From the sequence record PZ386953.1: a DNA stretch of 64,000 nt, one strand, 5' to 3'. The notes beneath the pieces were generated by a model. That model was not told where the DNA came from and made no database searches. It saw nothing but the letters and a program-made list of their open reading frames with translations. Of this stretch, positions 40,009-49,614 are shown piece after piece; the stretch's first letter is position 1; each line of letters begins with the position of its first letter. Origin of the DNA: a phage. Position numbers and translations under genes: made by a program.

Positions 40009-42786
40009 ATGAGCATGTGGTCGTTCGACTTTGAGTCATCCGGTTTGCTGGAAGATCCAGATCTTTATTATCACTGCGGCCTGTTTAAAGAGCTGAATAA
40101 GAACCGTTTTATGCTGTTCCTTCCTCTAAATGACCGCACACACTACTCCGAAGAGGATATAGAGAAGGCTAAGAACTTTATTCTGGCAAAGAAAACTCTT
40201 CATAAAGATTTTGAAGTTCGCATAGCAGATTTTTCGGAGTTGGAAGGTTGGCTTACAGGCAATTCCGACTGGTCACCAACAGCTTTGAACTGCCATAACT
40301 GCTACAGTTATGACTTTATGCTGATGGAAAGATTATCCGGTATTCATTTTGATATGTTCCGTGATCCTAAATGCATGGGGACTATCAACGACCACCAGGT
40401 TAACCTGTTTGATACGTTGGCGATGAGCAGAATCTTGTGGCCTGATCGCCCTTTACCAAAAGGTTGTCCGGACTCTGTATTCAACCCGGTTACTAAGAAA
40501 ATGCAGCCTGTTGGTCCTCACGGCCTTATGGCATGGGGCTACGCCCTTGGTAACCAGAAAGTTCAAATTGATGACTGGCGCGATCTTCCGTTGTGGAAGT
40601 ATGTGGATCGTGTATTCGAGGACGTTATCATCCAGGAGCTGCTCTGGAAAGAGCTGGTAGCGGAATCAAAAGGTGTATTCTACGGCAAATCTGACATGCA
40701 GAACTTTATGTACGATCCAGCCAAAGAGAAGCCGAAAGGGTTCAAGAAAATCACCTGGAAGAACGCATTACGCCGAGGCATGCTGCAGCACTTCCTGATG
40801 GAGCTGCAGGCCCGTCAGGGTGTATACTTCGACATAGATGGAGCTATTGCTTTACGTGACCGTTGTGATGCGTGGATGAAAGAAATCGCTGATCGTGTTG
40901 AACCTCAACTTCCTTTAAAAGAGCTGTCAATGTCTCAGCGGCCCAAGTTCCCTGAAAAGCCGTTTAACCAAGATGGGACAATCTCCAACAATGGTTGGAA
41001 ATGGTTAAAAGATAAGCTTGGCTATCCTGTGGACATGAGTGCTTTGGAGTTCAAAGCCCCGCCTAAGCGAGCATTTACCTCCACAGGAGATGTCAGCAAG
41101 ATGGGGATAAAATGGTGTGAAGAGATGGGCTGCAAAGACCCTGATAAGATGGCTGATTTCTTGAGAGGCTATATTAAGGGCACTTCCACACCACAACCTT
41201 TACCTAAAGAGCTGATGGATCAGGCAATAAGTGATCTACAGCAGAAGCGAATGCCGGACTGCAAGATACCTATGAAAATCAGCAATCAGGACGACATTAA
41301 GCGATACCTGATCAGTGCTGGTTGGCTTCCGACAATGTGGAGAACTAAGGATGTAACTAAAGACAGCAAGAAGAAAGCTCTACCTGATGCAGATGTTGAT
41401 GCACGAGTATATGCATACATGGACGAGCTTTTAGAGTCAGAGTATTGTGACCTGATTATCAACTTCTGGAACAAAACTGATGCTAAGTTTCAGACAACCG
41501 TGCACAAGTTCCGAAGCTTTCCTAACTCCGAAAGGATTAAAAAGGAAGTATTCGGGAAAATACGTAGAAAAGCCAGAGCACTTATTACTTCTCCGCAGCT
41601 GAAAGATACGTTTGGACACCTATGCCCAAATCTTGAAAAATTGAACGGAGAGATGGCTAAAGATATCGTCTTGTGGTTATCATTGCGAAACCGCAGATCG
41701 GTCCTTGATCCAATCAAGGAGGATAAGGTTGATACTGGTCTTCTTAATCACCCACGTTTGAAGATTGACCATAAGCTTCCTGCTAAAAGTTCTGGATTAA
41801 CAAACACTTCCCGACAGAAACACAGTATTTGTGCAAACATGCCTAAACCATCTCCTAAAGTGGTTATGGGTAAAGAGATGCGCAGTCTGTGGGGTGTTCC
41901 TCCAGGATACTTTGAGATCGGTATTGACGGGTCCAACTTAGAGCAGCTTATCGGGGCTTGGGGTGCCTTTGAGTTCGACAACGGCCTGTATTACGATGTT
42001 GTAAGTAACGGGGATGCCCACCAAAACAATGCTGAGGCATATACGAAAGTAGCAGGTAGAGAGGTGTCTCGTAACGACGGTAAACCTATCACGTACGGGG
42101 TTATGTATGGGGCACAAAAAGATAAAGTTGCAGACATGCTGGATATCTCCCCAGAGTTGGGGCAAAGGGTAATCGATGCGCTTTGGGATGCCAACCCTGG
42201 TCTTAAAGGGCGTAAAGAGGATCTGGAGAAATTCTGGGAAGCAACGGGTAAGAAGTTTATCTACTCTTTTGATGGTCATGCTATCTGGACCCGATCTAAA
42301 CACTCTTTACTTAATGCATACCAACAAAATGGTGGTGCATCGTTGTGTGACTTAGTTGGGATACTCATGCACCACCAAATGGTGAAGCGTGGGTGGTACG
42401 ATGAAGGTGTTCGTCGTATTATTTATTACCATGATGAGTACCAACTTCAGGTCCCTGACACGCCTAAGTATAAGACTGTGTACACCTTCGACACAATTGA
42501 AGAATTGGAAGCATTTAAGGCAGAGCAGGAGGCCAAACTTCATGTGTTTGACGGTCATAAGTACAAAAAGGCACGCAAGGATGAAAACGGAAACGAAGTG
42601 GTTGACAGAGACGGAAACACGGTGTACGATCCTATCCTGAACGATGACGGAAAGCTTGAACTTATCTGGAGCCCTGTGGGTGAAATGGTGGTGCATTGCT
42701 TCTGGCAAGCTTCTAAAATGATGGGCGTTCCATTCCAGATCACAGGTGAATACTTGTGTGGTCGGAACTGGGGTGATTGTCACTAA
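40009..42786 (+). CDS. family A DNA polymerase with 3'-5' exonuclease domain
   Basis: Exo I FDFES, motif B K-x3-YG (RNDGKPITYGVMYG), motif C YHDE; AAGGAGA RBS. Confidence 0.8.
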   Translation: MSMWSFDFESSGLLEDPDLYYHCGLFKELNKNRFMLFLPLNDRTHYSEEDIEKAKNFILAKKTLHKDFEVRIADFSELEGWLTGNSDWSPTALNCHNCYSYDFMLMERLSGIHFDMFRDPKCMGTINDHQVNLFDTLAMSRILWPDRPLPKGCPDSVFNPVTKKMQPVGPHGLMAWGYALGNQKVQIDDWRDLPLWKYVDRVFEDVIIQELLWKELVAESKGVFYGKSDMQNFMYDPAKEKPKGFKKITWKNALRRGMLQHFLMELQARQGVYFDIDGAIALRDRCDAWMKEIADRVEPQLPLKELSMSQRPKFPEKPFNQDGTISNNGWKWLKDKLGYPVDMSALEFKAPPKRAFTSTGDVSKMGIKWCEEMGCKDPDKMADFLRGYIKGTSTPQPLPKELMDQAISDLQQKRMPDCKIPMKISNQDDIKRYLISAGWLPTMWRTKDVTKDSKKKALPDADVDARVYAYMDELLESEYCDLIINFWNKTDAKFQTTVHKFRSFPNSERIKKEVFGKIRRKARALITSPQLKDTFGHLCPNLEKLNGEMAKDIVLWLSLRNRRSVLDPIKEDKVDTGLLNHPRLKIDHKLPAKSSGLTNTSRQKHSICANMPKPSPKVVMGKEMRSLWGVPPGYFEIGIDGSNLEQLIGAWGAFEFDNGLYYDVVSNGDAHQNNAEAYTKVAGREVSRNDGKPITYGVMYGAQKDKVADMLDISPELGQRVIDALWDANPGLKGRKEDLEKFWEATGKKFIYSFDGHAIWTRSKHSLLNAYQQNGGASLCDLVGILMHHQMVKRGWYDEGVRRIIYYHDEYQLQVPDTPKYKTVYTFDTIEELEAFKAEQEAKLHVFDGHKYKKARKDENGNEVVDRDGNTVYDPILNDDGKLELIWSPVGEMVVHCFWQASKMMGVPFQITGEYLCGRNWGDCH

Positions 42787-42835
42787 TGTAAACTATCAGC
42801 ACAGGGAGGTGCTGTTGAGCAAAGAGGGGATTTTT

Positions 42836-43120
42836 ATGGTAGTAGAACCAACAAAAACATTTACATCTATGACTATCCCTGTTATTATGCAGGTGGAGTG
42901 TGTTCAGGTATCTCAAGTGTGGCCTGGCACCAAAATCCCAACAGGGCCTGATTTCTTTCAGGTTGGGAAAGTGTACAATGTCTGGAAGGCACCAGATTGT
43001 TACCCTTTCATTAAAGATGACCGTGGAATGTTGTGGTATCTTGGAAATGATTTGACACTGCACCTTGGGAATGCTATTATTGCAGTATTCAGACTTAACA
43101 AGAAGGAGACCGATCAATGA
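42836..43120 (+). CDS. small protein, paralog family 2, member a
   Basis: ATG after AAAGAGGGG; G-x-Y...KD..G..W pattern shared with next two genes. Confidence 0.4.
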   Translation: MVVEPTKTFTSMTIPVIMQVECVQVSQVWPGTKIPTGPDFFQVGKVYNVWKAPDCYPFIKDDRGMLWYLGNDLTLHLGNAIIAVFRLNKKETDQ

Positions 43121-43344
43121 CAACTTTGGTTAAAGCTACTTTTGTAGAAGAAAAGATGACAGACCTGTCCTTCTTTAAAGAAGGAAAGACCTACGAGGTT
43201 TATTACGATAAAGCTCGTGCAAACAAAATGATTAAAGACGAGGAAGGGGTTGCCTGGTATATCTCTCACCTGGCAAACGGTGAGTATCATATCTACGGAA
43301 CCACTTTGCTTGCCAAGTTTGTAGTTGTTGAAGAGGACCTATGA
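43117..43344 (+). CDS. small protein, paralog family 2, member b
   Basis: 75 aa; ATGA overlap; shared pattern. Confidence 0.4.
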   Translation: MTTLVKATFVEEKMTDLSFFKEGKTYEVYYDKARANKMIKDEEGVAWYISHLANGEYHIYGTTLLAKFVVVEEDL

Positions 43345-43535
43345 AAGTAAAGTATCTTGCTGAAGGTATGAATAGGTATTTTACCCTTGGGGAAGAATAT
43401 TGGCCCTTTACAAACAACGGTGATGTCTACGTGAAAGATAATTTCGGCACGCCGTGGTTTCTGCACTCTAATGGGCTGGGATACTCCATTTACTGCGGTG
43501 CAGTGAACAACACAACTCTTGCAGAGTTCGTTTAG
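43341..43535 (+). CDS. small protein, paralog family 2, member c
   Basis: 64 aa; ATGA overlap; shared pattern. Confidence 0.4.
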   Translation: MKVKYLAEGMNRYFTLGEEYWPFTNNGDVYVKDNFGTPWFLHSNGLGYSIYCGAVNNTTLAEFV

Positions 43536-43545
43536 AGGAGGTAGG

Positions 43546-43917
43546 ATGTTAGTAAAAGGTACCCACACAGTCAAACAACGTATTGAAGTTGAGATTGATG
43601 ATTGTGAGCTGAAGCATATTTTACGGTCATGCTCCAACGTTTTGCTCCTTAGTATTCTTCAGGAGCGAGCGGAGAACGAGTTCTTAAATGCATTGGCAGG
43701 CCGTCCCGGTGACTTCTGTGTGCGTAAGCGTGGTGACAACAAGTCATGGTTGTGGGAAATCGATGCCGACTGGGATTACCACAAAAATGAGGGTATAGAT
43801 GAGCCTATTCGTGAACTGACTGACAAAGAGATTCAGATGTACAATGAAGTTTGTCATTGGGCAACACGCCAACAAATTTACCTAGACCCTGTGTGGCTGA
43901 TTGAAAATAGCCATTGA
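43546..43917 (+). CDS. hypothetical protein
   Basis: ATG after AGGAGG (tool GTG start is 27 nt upstream). Confidence 0.4.
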   Translation: MLVKGTHTVKQRIEVEIDDCELKHILRSCSNVLLLSILQERAENEFLNALAGRPGDFCVRKRGDNKSWLWEIDADWDYHKNEGIDEPIRELTDKEIQMYNEVCHWATRQQIYLDPVWLIENSH

Positions 43918-43993
43918 CAAGAAGTAAGATTAGATATAAGATGCTTCGCACAAACAGAGTGTTGATTTTTAAATAACTAAGGAGACTGCTAAG

Positions 43994-44248
43994 ATGAAAA
44001 TTACTTTGAAGTCAGAATGCGTTGCAAATGACCGAGCTTTTAAAGATTGCACAGTCGGTGCAATTTATGAAGCAGAGTTTTGTGAGAACCCTCTGGTAAA
44101 AGCCCTCCTGGAAGAAGGGGCCCCTTTATCACAAGAAGAGATCGATGAGCTGGAAAACTCAGCACAGTGCCTTACCTTTAAAGATGATGAAGGAGACTCT
44201 GTCTGGTGCACTGTTAATGAAGTAGTTTTTGTAAAACCTGAACATTAA
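43994..44248 (+). CDS. small protein, paralog family 3, member a
   Basis: 84 aa; D-x-AF-x-DCT motif shared with 44312..44572. Confidence 0.4.
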   Translation: MKITLKSECVANDRAFKDCTVGAIYEAEFCENPLVKALLEEGAPLSQEEIDELENSAQCLTFKDDEGDSVWCTVNEVVFVKPEH

Positions 44249-44251
44249 TAC

Positions 44252-44280
44252 TTGACAACAGTGATGGAGCCTAATATAAT
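44252..44280 (+). promoter_or_regulatory. consensus sigma70-like promoter
   Basis: TTGACA-17 bp-TATAAT, perfect consensus. Confidence 0.6.
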
Positions 44281-44311
44281 GGCCCTATCAAAACGAAAGG
44301 GGACCACAGCA

Positions 44312-44572
44312 ATGACCAAACAATACCAACGAATTAAAGCCAAGGTTAAGCCAGACTATCTGGAGAAAGACTCTGCTTTTCGGGACTGCACAGCCGACAA
44401 AGTTTACACAGGGGCTGTCCTGTTGAACGATAAACTTGAAGTAGATGTGCTGGGTAAAGAGGCCGTTATCGAGGATGACAACGGTGACTGTGTTTTCTGC
44501 ACCACACGGGAGCTAGAAGTCTTAGAATACTTCGGTGAAATCTTCAACTCTTTAGACGACGAGGAAGCGTGA
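44312..44572 (+). CDS. small protein, paralog family 3, member b
   Basis: ATG downstream of consensus promoter 44252-44280 (tool TTG start is the -35 box itself). Confidence 0.4.
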   Translation: MTKQYQRIKAKVKPDYLEKDSAFRDCTADKVYTGAVLLNDKLEVDVLGKEAVIEDDNGDCVFCTTRELEVLEYFGEIFNSLDDEEA

Positions 44573-44961
44573 TGAAAAATATTTGGGATATTGATATCTT
44601 TGAAGCCTCTAAGCTTGACGGTGCTGATGGAGTTATTATGGTGTCTGATGGCAAGGCAACACTAACTTCCGGAGATATCATCTATGCCTTGGACGAGCTG
44701 GCGCTTCTGAAATCTACCGGTAACACTTTAGAGGAGCGTCTTCAAGGCTTCGCCTTCAAAGAAGGCACAAATACCGCCATGATGTGCACCACACGGACAG
44801 TTCAGGTTGGTAACGGTGTCTATATGATCATTGCGGTGTGTCCTAAATTCAGCAACGTCAATAAAGATGATGCTGACGCTGTCAACGATGTGGTTGTTCT
44901 CTTCGGAGGTGACGCTATGGCAGACCTGATGAATGCAGGAGAAGCGGCAAATGAAGACTGA
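44569..44961 (+). CDS. hypothetical protein
   Basis: 130 aa; ATGA overlap. Confidence 0.4.
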   Translation: MMKNIWDIDIFEASKLDGADGVIMVSDGKATLTSGDIIYALDELALLKSTGNTLEERLQGFAFKEGTNTAMMCTTRTVQVGNGVYMIIAVCPKFSNVNKDDADAVNDVVVLFGGDAMADLMNAGEAANED

Positions 44962-45253
44962 AAACATTACCCCAGCAGGGTTCTTAAAAGTATACCGTGA
45001 ACTGCTATATACTACAGAGGACAGTGTTCTAGAGTATCCAGAATATCTTTTGCTGTATAAGTATCTGCAGGAGGCTGGTGAAAATCTGCCAGTTAGTGCA
45101 GAAGGTGGTCCGAACTGGATATACAGCGCATGGAGAAAGGTTGACATTCTCCCAGATCCAGGTAAAGATATGGTAGTTTGGCAGCTTATCAACAACATTG
45201 GGATTCCAATCTTTGATGAAGCTGTTAAAATCTATTTTGAACTTGACGATTAA
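44951..45253 (+). CDS. hypothetical protein
   Basis: ATG about 9 nt after AGGAG; short overlap with upstream gene. Confidence 0.35.
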   Translation: MKTENITPAGFLKVYRELLYTTEDSVLEYPEYLLLYKYLQEAGENLPVSAEGGPNWIYSAWRKVDILPDPGKDMVVWQLINNIGIPIFDEAVKIYFELDD

Positions 45254-45270
45254 TATCAGGAGACCTTAAG

Positions 45271-45516
45271 ATGACTGAAGTAGTTGCTCGCGCAGGACAG
45301 AAAGTACGTTGTGTTGAAGTAGGTTTTGGTGGCAAAGGGTGTCAAAACTTGACTCAAGGTAAGGAATACGCTGTTATTTCTGGTGGTGGCGACGAAAGTA
45401 TTGTGTTCGAGGGCCACATCCTGGATGCTGAAAACTTTGAAATCTTTGACGACGATGGGGATCCGATCACCTGCCTGCTGGACGGGAATTGGGGAACTTT
45501 CGAAGTGATTGGCTAA
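45271..45516 (+). CDS. hypothetical protein
   Basis: 81 aa; CAGGAGA RBS. Confidence 0.4.
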   Translation: MTEVVARAGQKVRCVEVGFGGKGCQNLTQGKEYAVISGGGDESIVFEGHILDAENFEIFDDDGDPITCLLDGNWGTFEVIG

Positions 45517-45599
45517 CAAATACCTATTGTAATTTGCAGAAGGGGATGCTAAAATAGTGTCTCCTTCTATGTTGTTCAAATAAAATCGGAGATTCCATA

Positions 45600-45965
45600 A
45601 TGGAACAAATGAACGATCAAGCGTCGGTTGCGATGAACGAGCAAGAACAACCTCAAGAATTTTTCTTAGGGTTAAGTAAAGATCAAGTGTCTCTTCTACT
45701 AGTGCTTTCTTCTTTCATGGGAAGACTTCAGGAGCTCACACAACAACCAGAGGCTGAACAATTATTTCAAGCTCTGCGTGAAGAAGAAAAATATCGTCGT
45801 TTGGACTATGCCTTAGGTTGGGTAGCTCAACAACGAGATATGCTGATGGCCCTCTCTGGGACCACAAGTTTTGCAATGGGGCTGTTGGCTCAAGTTCAGG
45901 ACAAATTAATTCAAGCAGGGTTTGCACACACGGCAAACACTAACGAAGAACAAGGAGACAAATAA
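45600..45965 (+). CDS. hypothetical protein
   Basis: 121 aa; promoter-like TTGTAA-17-TAAAAT at 45527-45555 upstream. Confidence 0.4.
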   Translation: MEQMNDQASVAMNEQEQPQEFFLGLSKDQVSLLLVLSSFMGRLQELTQQPEAEQLFQALREEEKYRRLDYALGWVAQQRDMLMALSGTTSFAMGLLAQVQDKLIQAGFAHTANTNEEQGDK

Positions 45966-47191
45966 TGAGCGTTATTCAACAATTCGCTAACCCGATGAAT
46001 CCGCGTGAAACTGTTTTACTGGCTCACGGCATGATTAAACGTGTCAGCATCAAGCCTATCAAAGGTGCTGATCCTACAACAGGTATTAAAACCACTGTGT
46101 GGCAAGGTAAGAAAATTGAATCCAGCCACACCATCTCTTTACTGATTTCTGAACTGGATTCCTCTGATAACCTGCTTCAAGGTGGTGAAGAAGTTTGGAT
46201 CAGCATGGGTGATAAGCTGCTTAAACCTGGTCATCAAGACTCTGTCTCTGTTAAAATTGATGACAAGTGGGAAACCGTAACGCCGGGATGGATCGTAAAT
46301 ATTCCTTTGAAGGCAAACGAGCATAACGGTAAGACCTATTACAAAGGCTCACTGGCTAAGATGGTCAAGCTGGGTGCAGGAGAGGCTCCAGCAGCGACTC
46401 AGCAGCAAAAACAGCAACAAGGTGCACAATCACAAGGCCAGAAGCAGAAACCTCAGCAGAATGCCAATCAGGACGTTTTACGCATCTATGGTGATGTGAC
46501 TCAGATTGTTGGCAACGTGGTTACTGTTAATGACCACAAGATTGGCGAAGGTGCTATGGTTGTAACTGATGAGCAGCTTAAAGACCTGGTGGTAGGTGGT
46601 CGTGTTGCAGCCATTGTTGACAAAGACACCGGAAACATTATCAGTGGTTTCAAGGCCTATCCTCCTAAGGCAGAGAACGGCACTCAAGGCTCTGGTGGCA
46701 AGCGTAAATCCTCTTACGACCCTATCGGTGTGGAAACGGGGCATAGCATCAATGCGTTGCAGATCATCCTGGATCGCGGGTTTAAGGTAGACGACCCACT
46801 GGGCGTGGCTAAAACACTGCACGTAGTCACCATTGAGCTTAAGAAAGAGTATGCTCAAGCCACCAACCGAACTGAAGATGAAGTAGGTGCCAGTGTCGGT
46901 AATGCGGTGTTGAACGCTTGTCGCCGTATTGACAAGAAAACGAAAGTTGATGATTTTGCAGTGGCAATTACTGCAGAAGCAAAAGATGTCTTGACTAATC
47001 TAGCTGAGCCGTTGTACGATTGGATCAAGAACGGTGCTGAGTCCACTGACCATCAAGAACCTCAGGCTGCCAAACAGGAAGCAGCTCCACAGCAAAACAC
47101 TGTAGACGCTCCTCCTGTAAATGATGCGGAAGATGACCCAATGGATCAGAATCCAGCACAGTACGTCTTTGATGATGACATCCCATTTTAA
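45965..47191 (+). CDS. DNA-binding protein with SSB-type acidic C-terminal tail
   Basis: 408 aa ending ...YVFDDDIPF (E. coli SSB ends DDDIPF); Q-rich and G-rich linkers; TAATG overlap; terminator follows. Confidence 0.45.
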   Translation: MSVIQQFANPMNPRETVLLAHGMIKRVSIKPIKGADPTTGIKTTVWQGKKIESSHTISLLISELDSSDNLLQGGEEVWISMGDKLLKPGHQDSVSVKIDDKWETVTPGWIVNIPLKANEHNGKTYYKGSLAKMVKLGAGEAPAATQQQKQQQGAQSQGQKQKPQQNANQDVLRIYGDVTQIVGNVVTVNDHKIGEGAMVVTDEQLKDLVVGGRVAAIVDKDTGNIISGFKAYPPKAENGTQGSGGKRKSSYDPIGVETGHSINALQIILDRGFKVDDPLGVAKTLHVVTIELKKEYAQATNRTEDEVGASVGNAVLNACRRIDKKTKVDDFAVAITAEAKDVLTNLAEPLYDWIKNGAESTDHQEPQAAKQEAAPQQNTVDAPPVNDAEDDPMDQNPAQYVFDDDIPF

Positions 47192-47203
47192 CATTTAGTT
47201 AAC

Positions 47204-47234
47204 ATAGCCCTGCCCGAAAGGGTGGGGCATTTTT
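47204..47234 (+). terminator. intrinsic terminator
   Basis: GCCCTGCCC-GAAA-GGGTGGGGC then ATTTTTG. Confidence 0.7.
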
Positions 47235-47253
47235 GTATAAGGAGATCTAAAAA

Positions 47254-47670
47254 ATGACATTAGAAGATATCATTGTTAAACCTGAGAACTATGACCAATA
47301 CAACCTGTCAACTCAATCTGTAGACCTTGGATGCGCCACGGTCAGTGCGTGGCTGGTTAACGGAAAAGAGCTGGATAAATGCTTAGAAGCTCACATGTCT
47401 ATTAACAAGTTTCTGGATGAAAATACTCACTGGCTTGAGGGTGCAGGAGTATATGCTTCATGGTTGGAAAGTATGGGATTCGACTACCAATCTGAAGAAG
47501 GGTGGTGGAGCTATTTAGCTATCTGCCCAGAGACGCTGCAATGCTTCATGAAATATTCTGAAGATTTGGAGTACCGGGCGGTGGTTGATAGTGCTATTGC
47601 CCGTTATAGCCGTAAACCTTTTTCCCACGACATTAAAACTGTGGAAGAGTTTGTTGAAGTTTTCTGTTGA
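47254..47670 (+). CDS. hypothetical protein
   Basis: 138 aa; TAAGGAGA RBS. Confidence 0.4.
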   Translation: MTLEDIIVKPENYDQYNLSTQSVDLGCATVSAWLVNGKELDKCLEAHMSINKFLDENTHWLEGAGVYASWLESMGFDYQSEEGWWSYLAICPETLQCFMKYSEDLEYRAVVDSAIARYSRKPFSHDIKTVEEFVEVFC

Positions 47671-47766
47671 CACAGGTGGAAAGGTGTGCAATTATAACTT
47701 CATAGAACGGGAGGACGTGATGAACGAAGAAAACTGGGATGTATAACTAACAGGAGGCCACTGCCC

Positions 47767-47964
47767 ATGATTTATCGAATCCGTGTAAGAGAAGATGCAC
47801 CAGGCTGTTACTTTGACTGGCGTGGGTGGTGGTTTCTCCACCCAATGGATGGACTCACGGATAGAATGCTGGATGCTGCCCTTTATACAGATACCGACAT
47901 AGAATATAATCTCTATCTGAAGGACGGTATAGATAACGGCCTGTTTGAAGCAATTCCTGTGTAA
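47767..47964 (+). CDS. hypothetical protein
   Basis: 65 aa; AGGAGG RBS; promoter 47667-47696 upstream. Confidence 0.35.
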   Translation: MIYRIRVREDAPGCYFDWRGWWFLHPMDGLTDRMLDAALYTDTDIEYNLYLKDGIDNGLFEAIPV

Positions 47965-48029
47965 GAGACTGTGATAGCTATGTTTTATGATCTTCCTGTA
48001 ACACCACCTGTTGAACCCGGAGAACTAAG

Positions 48030-48455
48030 ATGATCTATGAAATGCCAAAACTGATTCGTGACGATGCCCAAAACGCCCACACCTTTATCATGGGCAAGCG
48101 CATGGATATTATTTGTCATAAAGATTTCTGGGAAGGTAGTTACTTCACAGAATATTTTGGTAAACTGGATAATGGTCTGCTGATCCAGTTCTACACCGAT
48201 GCGGAAAACAATATCTGCTGGGAGTTCGAAACTGAAGATATCCATAAACTTTTCACCTTCCTAGGTATTAAGGTTGAGGCCAAGTTTGAAGAAGGCGAGT
48301 GCGACGATTGTGGATTCTACGAGGTAACAGATTTCTATCTCCCAAGTGGTGAGAACCTTTACTATGAAAGCCACTTCGGCAACTCAAATATGCCACAAGG
48401 TTGGGATGAGTTTTTTGAAATTGCGGAAGAGGAGCTGACATACCGTGATTATTGA
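48030..48455 (+). CDS. hypothetical protein
   Basis: 141-aa ORF. Confidence 0.4.
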   Translation: MIYEMPKLIRDDAQNAHTFIMGKRMDIICHKDFWEGSYFTEYFGKLDNGLLIQFYTDAENNICWEFETEDIHKLFTFLGIKVEAKFEEGECDDCGFYEVTDFYLPSGENLYYESHFGNSNMPQGWDEFFEIAEEELTYRDY

Positions 48456-48903
48456 TACTGTAGCGGGAGATTTAATCTCCCTTTTTAAGAGCGGTGCTGG
48501 TCACCTGATCCACGGTTGTAACTGCTTTCATACAATGGGTGCAGGCATAGCGAAAGATATTGCCCGTGAGTTCCCTCAAGCACTGGCAGCCGACAAAGAG
48601 ACTGCCTATGGTAATCTGGACAAGCTGGGTATGTTTTCTTGTTGGGAGCATTTTGCCAAGAACAGGGTCGTATATGGAATCAACCTGTATACCCAGTTCT
48701 ACCCAGGGCCCAATGCTGAATACTTCTCAATAATGAAAGGTTTTGAGCGAGTCAACGAGGTATTCAAAGGTGTGTCATTGCCGTTCTACATTCCTAAAAT
48801 TGGATGCGGTATTGGCGGTCTAAAGTGGGAACATGTAGAAGATGTAATTAATCTTGCAACCACAGATATTGATGTGGTTGTAGTAGAGTACAAAAAGTGT
48901 TGA
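48445..48903 (+). CDS. macro-domain-like protein (ADP-ribose binding/processing?)
   Basis: N-terminal HGCNCFHTMGAGIAKDI and later IGCGIGGL resemble macro-domain glycine-rich loops. Confidence 0.4.
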   Translation: MIIDTVAGDLISLFKSGAGHLIHGCNCFHTMGAGIAKDIAREFPQALAADKETAYGNLDKLGMFSCWEHFAKNRVVYGINLYTQFYPGPNAEYFSIMKGFERVNEVFKGVSLPFYIPKIGCGIGGLKWEHVEDVINLATTDIDVVVVEYKKC

Positions 48904-48928
48904 CGACCATCTTCTGAGGTGATATAGT
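48900..48928 (+). promoter_or_regulatory. sigma70-like promoter
   Basis: TTGACG-17 bp-TATAGT. Confidence 0.5.
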
Positions 48929-48957
48929 TTCCACAACAACTAAGAGAGGAGAGCACT

Positions 48958-49128
48958 GTGGAGACTAAAATCTTAATTCTTGCTGTGGTAGATACAACCG
49001 AAGGAGCTATATTCGAATCTGCAGGGGGGTATTTCTACCTACCATACGGAAAAAGAACTTCCGAGCCAAGTAAAGATTCAATCCTCAAGGTGTTCCCGTG
49101 TGCTTTCTGGCTGGAGATTTTGGTATAA
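48958..49128 (+). CDS. small hypothetical protein (56 aa)
   Basis: GTG 8 nt after GAGGAGAG, downstream of promoter 48900-48928; below tool size cutoff. Confidence 0.25.
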   Translation: METKILILAVVDTTEGAIFESAGGYFYLPYGKRTSEPSKDSILKVFPCAFWLEILV

Positions 49129-49155
49129 GATTGCAGAGGATTTGGGAGAGAATTA

Positions 49156-49349
49156 TGAGAAACAAGAAAGAGCTTTACTCTGGTGAGTGGATCAACGATC
49201 AACAGGTGGGAGAGGTAACCTGCTTCCGATGTTTTACCAGGTACAATCTTAAAACTGCACCAAAAAGTGTTCCAAAGACTGATGGTTATTACATAAAAGA
49301 ACCTCATTGCCCAAAATGTAAATGCCGATTATACTGGAGTAACCTATAA
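49156..49349 (+). CDS. small zinc-ribbon protein
   Basis: ATG after GGGAGAGA; CFRCF...CPKCKC pairs. Confidence 0.35.
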
Positions 49350-49353
49350 AAGA

Positions 49354-49381
49354 TTGACATCTGAAAACTGCAGTGTATAAT
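49354..49381 (+). promoter_or_regulatory. consensus sigma70-like promoter
   Basis: TTGACA-16 bp-TATAAT. Confidence 0.55.
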
Positions 49382-49412
49382 ATATGCATAAACTAACAGA
49401 GAGTGATGTATT

Positions 49413-49604
49413 ATGGTAATTTTTAACCGGGATGGTATCATAGTTAGACAGCACCCCTTCCTTGAATACTATCAAATTGAGCAATGGTGCTACGGGGATT
49501 GCAGTCACTCCTACGGGCAAAGTTGGGGATATCGCACAGTTTTTGAATCAACAGATCTTGATAAAGTAAAACAGAAAGTTTTAGAACTTCTTAACAACAA
49601 GTGA
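49413..49604 (+). CDS. hypothetical protein
   Basis: 63 aa; consensus promoter 49354-49381 upstream. Confidence 0.35.
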   Translation: MVIFNRDGIIVRQHPFLEYYQIEQWCYGDCSHSYGQSWGYRTVFESTDLDKVKQKVLELLNNK

Positions 49605-49614
49605 GTATCGTGCC

